Shown: positions 9,812-18,934, counted from the first letter of the stretch. The stretch: 64,000 bases of DNA from an uncultured Gammaproteobacteria bacterium (GCA_964393325.1 CAYMTE010000003.1:17661-81660), one strand, 5' to 3'. Notes: generated by a model not told the origin, from the letters alone. Numbers and translations are program-made.

Positions 9812-9877
9812 CATCTTGACAAACACCGCGTTTCATTTCGTGACTTCGATGGAAACTTGCTATGATGGCAGTATTCT

Positions 9878-12250
9878 ATGCGGTTTTTTCGCAGCACGAT
9901 CGTATACATATTCGCGTTCAGTCTCTTTTGCATTGCAGGAATTTTTGCTTCTCGTCCGGCGTATGCTGGGGTGAATATCGATAATTACGTTCGTACACCA
10001 GCAGGTGACCAGATATCCGGTTCGGTCACAATTCAGTTCCGCATGGCGAGTTCGCAGTATGGCCCGGGTGAACTGGATAATGTTTCCGTCATTCGCATGT
10101 CGATTCATGGCGTAGACGGATCAGTAACGTTTGCAGATATTCCATTTTCTAATGAAAATCAGTATCCGACGTTTACGCCGCTTTCGTGGACGGGCGGCTT
10201 TGCGCAAGGGTTTGAATTATTGCGCATCGATCTTCAGTTGATCTATGCGGATGGACAAGAAGGTGATGAGAGTCCGATTTATGATGAAAGTGGTTTTATC
10301 ATTGTCGGTCAGGCTTCCAGTGAATCGCTAGGAAGAAATGAGGTTGCTCCGCAACAGGTATCCGTTTCGGTTCTCCCGTCGCAGTGTTCTACAGATCCGA
10401 ACGTCTATCTCGTCTTGCATGCGCGAGAAGCGAGTCAGGTTCGCATAAGTAATGTCGCGGATTTTTCCGATGTGTCATGGCAATCGTTTGAGACAGGGAC
10501 GGACTACACGGTGCTTTTGAATTGGCGCGTGACAGATGGGGATGGTGATAAGACGATCTATACGCAATTCCGCAGTCCCATCGGGAGCGTAGAATCTGAG
10601 GTCTTGAAGACGAATGTCCGTTTGGATGTGAAAAATCGTTGTCGCGCGGATGCGGATCATGCGTATATTTCATCTCAACTGACGCTGTCACAGCGATTTG
10701 ATAATCCGTCATGTGTTGTGGATTATGGACATGCGAAGATTGGGTTGTATTTCGCAAAGCCGGGAACAACGACGCCTGCCGCACAAACGCAAGCGACGAA
10801 GATTTCGGATGAGGAGCAAGTTATTGCGTTTACCGACGACGATGACATTCTTGACGAATTTGTCGTTCGGATGACGCATCAGTGGGATGAGGCGGAATTA
10901 TCGATGAGTCTCGCATCCTCAACGTTTCCGTTTGATCTGCGAGTGCAAATTGATGCAGCGGAGATGGGGCGTATCGATGACGTTTTACTTGTTCCGCATG
11001 GGACGCCGATGCCTGGGGGGTACGAACTTGATTTGAAAGGACGAAAAGAACTGTGCGAGACGTACGAGCTGCCGCTACTCCAGAGCGGATCGTTGATTCA
11101 GGCTCAGTCAACGGATGTGTATTTGTATGGCAAAGATGGAAAGCGTCATGCGTTTCCAGAAGGGGTCTTTGCATCCTGGTATCCGACGAGCACGACGATT
11201 CGAACGATCCCGTTGTTCCGTTTAGAGAAAATTCCCCTTGGGGCAAACGTCGCGTTTCGTCCCGGAACGCTTGTGCGTCTTGGGTGGACGTCGGCGCGGT
11301 ACATCGTTGATGCGCGGCAGATGTTGCGACCGATGCTGAAAGAATCGCTGATCGCGACCGTGTTTGGTTCGGCGTGGATGCAGGTGATGCGCACACTCGA
11401 CGTGGCATATGTCACGGGGTATGTCTTTGGGAATCCCATTGTTTCCGGTACGGACGTGGCGAATATTCGAGCGCAGGCCGATTCTCCAGATCGATGGGAG
11501 GCGCAAACGCTTGGAACGTCTCCCTGGGGGCTGCCAGAAAACGAAACGATTGATGTATTTGACGGGCACATCGTATTTCTTGGAACGCCGTATCCAACGG
11601 GAGATGTGACGTTGCGTTTTTACATCTACGACGAGAATGGAAAAAAGATCACGTCGGATGATTTACAGGTGGTACACGGAGAACGGGTGCATAATTTTAT
11701 TCTGCGCAACGACTTGCGCGGGTTCCAACATATTCATCCCCGTGAGGTAGACGGTGCGTGGACAATTAAAACAACGTTTCCGGAAGGCGGAATCTACACC
11801 ATGGATTTTGATCTTGTATTCACGAGTGGCGAACGACGCATTTTCCGTGCACCGCTTTTAATTGGGAGCGATCCAATAGCAAAAACAGAATATCCGGAGC
11901 CAGATCCAGATATGGCGGCAAATAGTAACCCATATCGGGTGGAAGTACAGACGAAAAAACTGATTGCTCGGCAGACGATTCCATTAACGTTTTTGCTTAC
12001 GAAAGATGGCAAGCCATTTCAGAAGATCGAGGATTTTTTGGGTGAATATGGCCATCTTGTTGTGTTGGAGAAGGAGAATCCGCAGGTATACATCCATACG
12101 CATCCGAAAGACCATACGTTTCCAGCGAACGGAATTGTTGAATTCCCACTTCGATTCCCGCACGCGGGCCGGTTCACGCTCTTTGTGCAATTTTTAGCGG
12201 GTGGAGAGATTCACACCTTTCCTATCACAGTAGACGTTGCGTCGGAGTGA
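9878..12250 (+). CDS. Large secreted protein with two C-terminal His-rich beta-sandwich-like repeats
   Basis: Signal peptide MRFFRSTIVYIFAFSLFCIAGIFASRPAYA. The C-terminus has two similar modules: HNFILRNDLRGFQHIHP...FPEGGIYTMDFDLVF, and GHLVVLEKENPQVYIHTHP...FPHAGRFTLFVQF. Confidence 0.6.
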   Translation: MRFFRSTIVYIFAFSLFCIAGIFASRPAYAGVNIDNYVRTPAGDQISGSVTIQFRMASSQYGPGELDNVSVIRMSIHGVDGSVTFADIPFSNENQYPTFTPLSWTGGFAQGFELLRIDLQLIYADGQEGDESPIYDESGFIIVGQASSESLGRNEVAPQQVSVSVLPSQCSTDPNVYLVLHAREASQVRISNVADFSDVSWQSFETGTDYTVLLNWRVTDGDGDKTIYTQFRSPIGSVESEVLKTNVRLDVKNRCRADADHAYISSQLTLSQRFDNPSCVVDYGHAKIGLYFAKPGTTTPAAQTQATKISDEEQVIAFTDDDDILDEFVVRMTHQWDEAELSMSLASSTFPFDLRVQIDAAEMGRIDDVLLVPHGTPMPGGYELDLKGRKELCETYELPLLQSGSLIQAQSTDVYLYGKDGKRHAFPEGVFASWYPTSTTIRTIPLFRLEKIPLGANVAFRPGTLVRLGWTSARYIVDARQMLRPMLKESLIATVFGSAWMQVMRTLDVAYVTGYVFGNPIVSGTDVANIRAQADSPDRWEAQTLGTSPWGLPENETIDVFDGHIVFLGTPYPTGDVTLRFYIYDENGKKITSDDLQVVHGERVHNFILRNDLRGFQHIHPREVDGAWTIKTTFPEGGIYTMDFDLVFTSGERRIFRAPLLIGSDPIAKTEYPEPDPDMAANSNPYRVEVQTKKLIARQTIPLTFLLTKDGKPFQKIEDFLGEYGHLVVLEKENPQVYIHTHPKDHTFPANGIVEFPLRFPHAGRFTLFVQFLAGGEIHTFPITVDVASE

Positions 12251-12262
12251 TGGTTACGCGCG

Positions 12263-13651
12263 TTATTTTGCGAACCGCATGAGCGGATTGCGATAGATGA
12301 TGAATCGCGTACCGAATTGTCCTTTGAATCGAGAAAATCCGTTCCAACGACGCGGATCTCCCGGGCCGCGAAATACGTCGAAATCGAGATAGTTCCATCC
12401 TTTTGCGAGCGCGTCTTGAAACCAGTACTCAATGAGCCCGTAGTTCGCATTCGAGGTTCGGGCTTCCGGGCGATAGAACGCGATGATGTGCACCGACGTT
12501 TTTGTTTCTGGAATGTCCAGTGTACAGAGTCCGGCGATCGCGACGCCATCGGGACGAACGGCGAGCCAGTACTGCATGAGGTCGCCGTGCATGCTTGCTT
12601 TTCGACGGAGCATCCAGATGAACATGCGCTTCATCATCCAATCAAGCGTGCCGTGGCGATAGGCGGCGATGAACGTTTCAAGATCGACGACGCGAATCTC
12701 CGCGTCAGGACGCGAGAGCCATTTTTTGCGATGGCGCTGCGCGTGCGGCGCCCAGGTTTTCCAGTAGTCGCTTGCTGTGCCAACGGGCGCGTATCCCGTT
12801 TTGCGAAAATTCGGCATGGTGGGGGATCGAAACCACCCCTTTGGAACGTCGCTGCGCAGCAATGTTTGCCAGTAGATCACGCGCGGTCCCTTGTTGGGTT
12901 CGATGACGGGTTCGATGTCCGTGTAATACATCTCAAAACCGAGTGGACCAACCTGCCATCTCCGACCCGCGTATCCATCGCCACGAAGAAACGTTTGGCC
13001 ATCGCGGAATGAGATTTCGCGCTCGACATGCGCCGGAACCGCATGAAAGGGGAGAAAATCCGGTGGTAAGAACGGACGAAAGGACGCACACGCGTTCCAG
13101 TGATAACGCCAACGCTTCTGGATCGAGAAAAAGCGTGCAACGGTTTCCAGCGCCTCGGGTTTGCCGAACGCGTTTACGAGAAACGTTCCATTTGGATGAA
13201 GCAATGACTGAAGACGTTGTAGAAAATCTGGATCTTCCAACAGCGGAGAGGGGTGTTTTCCTTGATACAGATCAAACAGGATGAGGTCGAATGTTCCGTG
13301 TAGTGTTTGGATAACATCGCGCGCATCTCCAACGCGGAGTTCCGCGAGATCGTCTGGGCGATGGAGGTGTAATCGGTTTGCGAGTTCTACCATTTGCGGA
13401 TCCCATTCGATGGCGGTAATGCGTGCCTCGGGGAATCGTTTTCGAATCAGACGATTCGTGCCGCCAGCGCCGTATCCGAGTAAGAGAACGCGATCAATAT
13501 TCGTTTGGCGCGGAATGGTACGCAGCGCGCGTTTCCAGAGTCGATCCATATACGGACCGGTTTGAAAAAAACCGTTCACCGACACGACGGGCCGCCACAA
13601 ATCGTGCGTTACGGTAATGGTTCCGTTTCGATCGGATGTCATCCGTTTCAT
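12263..13651 (-). CDS. Fusion protein: spermidine-synthase-like SAM methyltransferase fold plus FemAB/GNAT-like acyltransferase domain
   Basis: The N-terminal half has VLLLGYGAGGTNRLIRKRFPEARITAIEWDPQMVELA (class I MTase motif I/II). The C-terminal half ends NYGLIEYWFQDALAKGWNYLDFDVF...FSRFKGQFG, typical of FemAB-like GNAT domains. Confidence 0.55.
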   Translation of the reverse strand: MKRMTSDRNGTITVTHDLWRPVVSVNGFFQTGPYMDRLWKRALRTIPRQTNIDRVLLLGYGAGGTNRLIRKRFPEARITAIEWDPQMVELANRLHLHRPDDLAELRVGDARDVIQTLHGTFDLILFDLYQGKHPSPLLEDPDFLQRLQSLLHPNGTFLVNAFGKPEALETVARFFSIQKRWRYHWNACASFRPFLPPDFLPFHAVPAHVEREISFRDGQTFLRGDGYAGRRWQVGPLGFEMYYTDIEPVIEPNKGPRVIYWQTLLRSDVPKGWFRSPTMPNFRKTGYAPVGTASDYWKTWAPHAQRHRKKWLSRPDAEIRVVDLETFIAAYRHGTLDWMMKRMFIWMLRRKASMHGDLMQYWLAVRPDGVAIAGLCTLDIPETKTSVHIIAFYRPEARTSNANYGLIEYWFQDALAKGWNYLDFDVFRGPGDPRRWNGFSRFKGQFGTRFIIYRNPLMRFAK

Positions 13652-14409
13652 ACGCGGTGTGCTTTAACGTATTTTAAATTCGCGATGAGAATGAAGCTAA
13701 TGATGACAAGAAGGTACCACGACGTGATCTTATTCATCGAAACGATATTCCATGTCGTGAGCTGATGCGGATATTTCCATGCGCCGAGGTACGTGGAGAT
13801 GTTTTCGGCAATCCAGATGAAAAACGCGATGAGGAGGAAGGCGATAGTCACGGGCATGCGTCGAATGCGCGTTGTGACCGTGAATTCCACCCACACGCCC
13901 CAAAAGACAAGGAAGACGAGTGGAATGAGGATCCATCGTACGTCAGGAAGATAGTGATTCGTGAAAAAATTGACGTAGATGACGATGGCGAGGGCTGCGG
14001 TGGCGGTGTAGCGAACGGGGCCGGTAAGTCGAACCTTCATGATACGCCAGGCCTGGCTGATGTAGCTTCCCACGGCCGCATACATAAAGCCGCTGTACAG
14101 CGGAACGGTGGCGATTTTAAGAACGCCTTCTTCCGGATATGACCAGGAACCGATATGTGGGTTTGTTTTGTAGAGCTCCAGGAGAAGACCGAGCAGGTGA
14201 AACAGCGCGATCGTCTTGATTTCGTCCTTAGTTTCAATTTTTGTTGCGTAGAGGATGATTTGGATCGCGATGGATGCTACGAAGAGGACGTCGTATCGAT
14301 GGAACGGGCCAAGTGGGATGTGCTGGGTAAGAAAAAGTAACGAAAAAAACGATCCTGCGAAGATGCAGGAGCGTGCTTGTTTGATGCCGAAAAGGAGGAA
14401 TTCGCGCAT
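13648..14409 (-). CDS. Integral membrane protein, DUF817-like
   Basis: Pattern FGIKQARSCIFAGSFF followed by about 7 TM spans. Start moved to ATG 14409, 8 nt after a TACCAT -10. The stop overlaps the downstream start (ATGA). Confidence 0.45.
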   Translation of the reverse strand: MREFLLFGIKQARSCIFAGSFFSLLFLTQHIPLGPFHRYDVLFVASIAIQIILYATKIETKDEIKTIALFHLLGLLLELYKTNPHIGSWSYPEEGVLKIATVPLYSGFMYAAVGSYISQAWRIMKVRLTGPVRYTATAALAIVIYVNFFTNHYLPDVRWILIPLVFLVFWGVWVEFTVTTRIRRMPVTIAFLLIAFFIWIAENISTYLGAWKYPHQLTTWNIVSMNKITSWYLLVIISFILIANLKYVKAHRV

Positions 14410-14417
14410 GACTAAAA

Positions 14418-14423
14418 ATGGTA
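14418..14423 (-). promoter_or_regulatory. -10 element abutting a start codon
   Basis: On the minus strand: TACCAT, 8 nt before ATG 14409. Confidence 0.45.
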
Positions 14424-14432
14424 CGCGGAACG

Positions 14433-14441
14433 TGGTATGCT
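14433..14441 (+). promoter_or_regulatory. Extended -10 abutting a start codon
   Basis: TGgTATGCT, 8 nt before ATG 14450. Confidence 0.55.
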
Positions 14442-14449
14442 GTCGAGGA

Positions 14450-15787
14450 ATGCCTGCAGTAGGAGGAACAAGGCTTTCATGTGTCGTGCGAAGTGCGTTA
14501 TTTGTATCTGTCGTATTCCTCACGTGTATAAAGCCGGCTGTTGCGGCGGAGTCATCATCTGCGCCAACGGTTTTGTTTTTCTCTCCTTCAACGCAACGCG
14601 TGTTGGAGGGGGCAGAATTTGAGGTGTCGCTCTATCTCAATACAAACGAGGGGAGCGTGAACACAATCGATCTAGGTATTAAATTTCCTGCGGATAAGCT
14701 CGCGATCGTGAAGCCATCAACGGGCTCGTCATTGGTGCGGTTATGGGTAGAGCCGCCATCGTATTCAAACAGCCAAGGGACGGCGAAATTCGTTGGGGTG
14801 ATTCCGAATGGTGTAACAACGAAGAGCGGATTGCTAACCACGCTGACGTTCCGTGCGATCAGTACGGGGAATGCGGTAATCTCGGTGACGCCCGGCTCGC
14901 GGATTCTCGCGAATGATGGTTTTGGGACAGAGGTTGGTCTTCAACGGGGTCAGTCTATCATCACGATAAGTCCAAAACCGCCCGAAGGCGTAAACGTCGT
15001 ATCCGAATCGCATCCGTCACCGTGGCAGTGGAGTAATAATCGGAATGCGGTATTCGGGTGGGAGCCGGATACGGACGTGACGGATTTTAGTTACACCCTC
15101 GACGGTGCACCGTTTACCGTACCGGACGACATTTCCGAGGGCGCGTCGACGAGTATTGCGTATACCGATATCTCGGATGGATTGTGGTACTTCCATATCA
15201 AGGGTCGTCGAAAAAATGTCTGGGGCGCGACAACACATTATCTTGTGCGTATCGACGGGACGCCGCCGGCGACGTTTACTCCCACGGTTGATACGGTGAA
15301 TCGCGCGAGTCCGTTTGATACGGGGCCGATGAAGGCGCTTATTTCCTTCTTCACGACGGACGAGTTTGCGGGTGTTGATCATTATGAGGTGGCTGTTCGC
15401 GATGCGAATGCGGATCCCTCTGCCTCGCCGCTGTTCGTTCAGGCGGAATCCCCGTATGAGCTTCAGCTGCAAGATGGGCAGCATGTCCGTGTGATGGTTC
15501 GCGCATTCGACGCGGCAGGAAATGTCGTGAACACGTCTGTCGTGATAAACGTTGCGTCCTCATGGTGGCGAAACATCATCGAACGTCGATCAGAAGAGTT
15601 GTTGTGGGGCGCATTGCTTGTTGCGCTGCTGGTTGGGTTCTACGAGCTGGTCGGGCGACGCGGATTATCCCGAGTTAGCCGTGTCTTGTGGCTCCTGCAT
15701 GATCAAAAGGAGTTACAAAAAGAAGAACGAATGATGCGTGCGTTCGAGCGCGAACATACCCATCGAGGCCGCAAACATGGTACATAG
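14450..15787 (+). CDS. Surface protein with cohesin-like domain and C-terminal TM anchor
   Basis: Signal peptide, then FEVSLYLNTNEGSVNTIDLGIKFPADKL...LLTTLTFRAISTGNAVISV (cohesin-like beta-sandwich). A further Ig-like region follows, then the C-terminal helix LLWGALLVALLVGFYELV. Start set at ATG 14450, 8 nt after TGgTATGCT. Confidence 0.65.
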   Translation: MPAVGGTRLSCVVRSALFVSVVFLTCIKPAVAAESSSAPTVLFFSPSTQRVLEGAEFEVSLYLNTNEGSVNTIDLGIKFPADKLAIVKPSTGSSLVRLWVEPPSYSNSQGTAKFVGVIPNGVTTKSGLLTTLTFRAISTGNAVISVTPGSRILANDGFGTEVGLQRGQSIITISPKPPEGVNVVSESHPSPWQWSNNRNAVFGWEPDTDVTDFSYTLDGAPFTVPDDISEGASTSIAYTDISDGLWYFHIKGRRKNVWGATTHYLVRIDGTPPATFTPTVDTVNRASPFDTGPMKALISFFTTDEFAGVDHYEVAVRDANADPSASPLFVQAESPYELQLQDGQHVRVMVRAFDAAGNVVNTSVVINVASSWWRNIIERRSEELLWGALLVALLVGFYELVGRRGLSRVSRVLWLLHDQKELQKEERMMRAFEREHTHRGRKHGT

Positions 15788-15795
15788 TGGCTCGT

Positions 15796-17082
15796 ATGCG
15801 TCATCTCATCTCTCTTCGTTCGTCTGCGTCGTCGTCTCGGTTGCGCACGGATACGCTTGCGGTGCTTGAGGCGGGGCTTACGGCGATTCGAACGGAAGAT
15901 GCCGTGCGGCGGCAGGTTGTTCGCCACGGAGAACGTCTGACGATCGGCTCTCGGTCGTGGGACCTCTCGTCGTTTCGACATATCTATGTTGTGGGAATCG
16001 GGAAAGCGGCGGGTGATGCGTGCGCGGCACTTGAGCGGATTCTTGGAGCGCGTATCACAGATGGTCTGGCGCTTGATGTGAAGAAACGTCCGCTAAAGCG
16101 TATTAAGAGCATTGCGGGATCTCATCCACTTCCGTCGCTCATCAATATGCGCGCGACGGGGGAGATTATCGGAATGCTGAAGCAGGTTGGCCCCTCTGAC
16201 CTCGTCGTGACGGTGATTTCGGGCGGCGGATCCGCGTTGCTCTGTTGGCCGTATGAATTGAAATGTGACGCGCTTGCGATGATGACGGCTGCGCTCATGA
16301 AGCAGGGGGCGACAATTCAGGAGTTGAATACAGTACGAAAGCATTTGTCGGAAATCCAGGGCGGACAATTTGCGCGCTTGGCGTTTCCTGCCGAGGTCAT
16401 CGGGTTGATTTTTTCAGATGTTCCCGGTGACGATCTCTCCATGGTTGCGTCCGGTCCCACGATGCTTGATACAACCACGGTGAATGACGCGAAACGCATT
16501 TTGAAACGATACGATGTTTTGCGTACCTGTCAGTTGCCAGACTGTGAGCTGCGAGAAACGCCAAAGGATGCACTCTTTTTTCAGCGCGTCACAAACCTGT
16601 TGATCGTTGGAAATACGAATGCGCTGAATGCGATGGAGCGCGAAGCTGCGCGCCGCGGATACGCGGTTCGTGTCTATTCAAAAGAGCTTGTCGGCGAAGC
16701 GCGGGAGATCGGTCGTTTTTTGGCGGGTCTTCCGCAACCCGGCGAGATGGTTCTTGCCGGAGGAGAGACGACCGTGACGGTTCGTGGAAAGGGAGTTGGC
16801 GGGCGCAATCAGGAGGTTGCGCTTGGCGCGCTGCCTGTCGTCGGAGCGGATGTTCTCGTCGCGTCATTCGCCTCGGATGGGGTGGATAATGGTCCTGTTG
16901 CCGGGGCGATTGCCGATGCGGGCATCGCTGACATCGCAAAGAAAAAACGACTCGATCCTCGCGCGGCGCTCGCGCAAAATGATGCGTTTACCTTTTTTAA
17001 GAAAACCGGAGGTCACCTCGTTACGGGCGTTACGGGTGCGAACGTTTCCGATCTGTTTGTTGCCGTCCGCGCGCCGGCATAG
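15796..17082 (+). CDS. Glycerate kinase, MOFRL family (glycerate 2-kinase / TtuD-like)
   Basis: VVGIGKAAGDA, VISGGGSALL and the C-terminal MOFRL-like GGETTV...GGRNQE motifs. The start is either GTG 15787 or ATG 15796. Confidence 0.7.
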   Translation: MRHLISLRSSASSSRLRTDTLAVLEAGLTAIRTEDAVRRQVVRHGERLTIGSRSWDLSSFRHIYVVGIGKAAGDACAALERILGARITDGLALDVKKRPLKRIKSIAGSHPLPSLINMRATGEIIGMLKQVGPSDLVVTVISGGGSALLCWPYELKCDALAMMTAALMKQGATIQELNTVRKHLSEIQGGQFARLAFPAEVIGLIFSDVPGDDLSMVASGPTMLDTTTVNDAKRILKRYDVLRTCQLPDCELRETPKDALFFQRVTNLLIVGNTNALNAMEREAARRGYAVRVYSKELVGEAREIGRFLAGLPQPGEMVLAGGETTVTVRGKGVGGRNQEVALGALPVVGADVLVASFASDGVDNGPVAGAIADAGIADIAKKKRLDPRAALAQNDAFTFFKKTGGHLVTGVTGANVSDLFVAVRAPA

Positions 17083-17695
17083 GTTTTTTCCATTGCACGA
17101 TAGATCCTGCTTGACGTTCCGTCTCGTCCTGAGGGCGAAGCGTGAGTTTGTGTGCGCGAGAGATAAGAATGGATGTATGCGGAACATCATCAAGCGCGTT
17201 GCAGATATCCCAGAGGTCTTGATCTGTCGTCATCCAGTGTAAGTGATCGAAACGTGCGAGATTCATCGGCCGCGAAAAAGAGCGCAGTGTTTTATTGCCC
17301 TCATCGTCCGTGTATTCATGAAAGTAGGACATCGCGAGTTCGCGAATCGTGCGATAAACAGGATCGCGAAAACGAAGAACCGCATGGTTCGTCTTTGAGA
17401 TTGCTCCCCAGTGTCCGTGACGTTTATAGAGTGCGATGACGTGATCGAAATCATGTGGCGCGGCGGTGAGATCAAGAAGGAGGGGTTGCTCTCCCTGAAG
17501 TCGCAGGGCGAGCGCGGCGAGCATCGCGCCTTCGATGCAGTGGGCGCGTCGGACGGTGAGGACGCCACGCGGCGAGCGACACGTATCTCCTTCGGGTTCA
17601 AAGTTGTAGGGAAGAGCATCCAAAAAATTTTGGATCTTGATCGGCGTCGAAAGGCGACGGAGTGTTTGCGATTCGCGTGAGGTTAATCCGAACAT
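17030..17695 (-). CDS. Hypothetical protein with papain/transglutaminase-like Cys-His signature
   Basis: RRAHCIEGAMLAALAL (candidate nucleophile Cys at a helix N-terminus) and DFDHVIALY. Start moved to ATG 17695, which has a TTGCAT-17-AATACT promoter ending 6 nt upstream. The 3' end overlaps the glycerate kinase 3' end by about 50 nt. Confidence 0.4.
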   Translation of the reverse strand: MFGLTSRESQTLRRLSTPIKIQNFLDALPYNFEPEGDTCRSPRGVLTVRRAHCIEGAMLAALALRLQGEQPLLLDLTAAPHDFDHVIALYKRHGHWGAISKTNHAVLRFRDPVYRTIRELAMSYFHEYTDDEGNKTLRSFSRPMNLARFDHLHWMTTDQDLWDICNALDDVPHTSILISRAHKLTLRPQDETERQAGSIVQWKKPMPARGRQQTDRKRSHP

Positions 17696-17701
17696 GCGAA
17701 C

Positions 17702-17730
17702 AGTATTGACGTGAGGCATGTTTTATGCAA
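17702..17730 (-). promoter_or_regulatory. Promoter abutting a start codon
   Basis: On the minus strand: TTGCAT-17 nt-AATACT, 6 nt before ATG 17695. Confidence 0.55.
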
Positions 17731-17782
17731 GCATCGCGGTACGCCACAACGGTCGCGTTGAACGCGGCAGAAAGGTTGTTCC

Positions 17783-18934
17783 TTGGACAGAATAGAGGCA
17801 CTAGAAAGAGTCGATGAATTTGTGCGCGGGCTTCAGAAAGAGGAAATCCGCACGTATAAACGGTATAGGGAATGGATAGCGACGCGAACGGAGTGGATGG
17901 GGGAGCTATTCGCTCTTCCGAACGTGGATGGAATTGCGTCGATCACGACGTACGTATCGCCATCCTTCCATCCGCAGCTTCCTCTCGTGTTATTGAATTA
18001 CACGAGCACGGCGCATAACACGTTGCATACGTTTTCGGGCGGCTGGTCGCGGCCGATCATGCAGTGTCGGGGGATTGTCTACGATCTCGAGACGGCGACG
18101 CGCGTCGCGCTGCCGTTCGAGAAATTCTTCGGCAATGTGCATCATCCTGAGGCGGCCGAGCTCGCCGAACGAGAGTCTCACGTGATCCTCGCGAAGGAAG
18201 ACGGCCATCTCGGTATCATCTTTCCCTATCGTGATCAGATCATGCTGACGACGCGCGGCGTGTTCACGAGTCCCTCCGCAAAACTTGGTGCGAAGATGCT
18301 TGCGCCGTTTTTTCGACGCCGCGCATGGAAACCGGACCAGCTCGATGGATTGACGCTCATGGCGGAGATGATTCATCCAAAGATGCATGTGCTCGTTGAC
18401 TACGGGCGATTGCGTCGGTTTGTGCTCATCGGAGCGACGGAAACCGAATCGACGCATGAGTACGACATGGAGGACCTTCGGAAGCTGTCGGAGCGTCTCG
18501 GGTGGGGATTGCCGAGCGTCTGGTCGGGAACCGTCCCTGAGCTCGAGCGACATATGCGCGATCGCTCGGTGCGGAATCAGGAGGGGTATGTTCTCTGGTT
18601 CCCTGAGCACGGTCTTCGTATCAAATATAAGTACGATGCGTATCTCGGTCGCATGTTCGCCGGCAAGTTGTCTTATGCGTATGTCATGCGATGCCTCATC
18701 GCGGGAACGTGGGAGGAAAAGTTCCACAAACTCGACGAGGATATCCAGCCGCGCGCACGACAACTGGCAGATATGGTCCGTCGGGTTGTGACGATTCCGC
18801 ACGCCGAGGGCCGCGACGCGAACAAGGCGAAGCGCGCATACCTCCATCACCTCGTCTTCAAAGAGGAGCGCACCTCGTACTATAAAGACGTGTGTCGACG
18901 CTTTCTCCGATTCCTCGCATCCGCGTCAACATGA
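17783..18934 (+). CDS. ATP-dependent RNA ligase, T4 Rnl1-like
   Basis: Nucleotidyltransferase motifs in the correct order: I AKEDGHLG (KxDG), III LMAEMIHP, IV EGYVLWF, V RIKYKYD. Motifs I, IV and V closely resemble T4 Rnl1 (KEDGSL, EGYV, KIK). The start is probably TTG. Confidence 0.65.
   Translation: MDRIEALERVDEFVRGLQKEEIRTYKRYREWIATRTEWMGELFALPNVDGIASITTYVSPSFHPQLPLVLLNYTSTAHNTLHTFSGGWSRPIMQCRGIVYDLETATRVALPFEKFFGNVHHPEAAELAERESHVILAKEDGHLGIIFPYRDQIMLTTRGVFTSPSAKLGAKMLAPFFRRRAWKPDQLDGLTLMAEMIHPKMHVLVDYGRLRRFVLIGATETESTHEYDMEDLRKLSERLGWGLPSVWSGTVPELERHMRDRSVRNQEGYVLWFPEHGLRIKYKYDAYLGRMFAGKLSYAYVMRCLIAGTWEEKFHKLDEDIQPRARQLADMVRRVVTIPHAEGRDANKAKRAYLHHLVFKEERTSYYKDVCRRFLRFLASAST

Noticed and set aside
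9816-9821. A consensus TTGACA hexamer downstream of the 9787-9811 terminator, considered as a -35 element.
   Set aside because: No acceptable -10 lies 16-19 nt downstream. The credible element for the 9878 gene is TGcTATGAT at 9858-9866.
14255-14449. Long N-terminal extensions proposed by the ORF track. Examples: 14255, 13648-14523, 27753, 36162, 59259, 60370, 61533, 32972, 19015, 22837, 44554, 5946, 6705, 38683, 17719.
   Set aside because: The extensions overlap neighbouring genes or promoters and encode Arg/Cys-rich junk. The canonical N-termini of the recognised families begin at internal ATGs, which are preceded by -10 elements or SD sequences.
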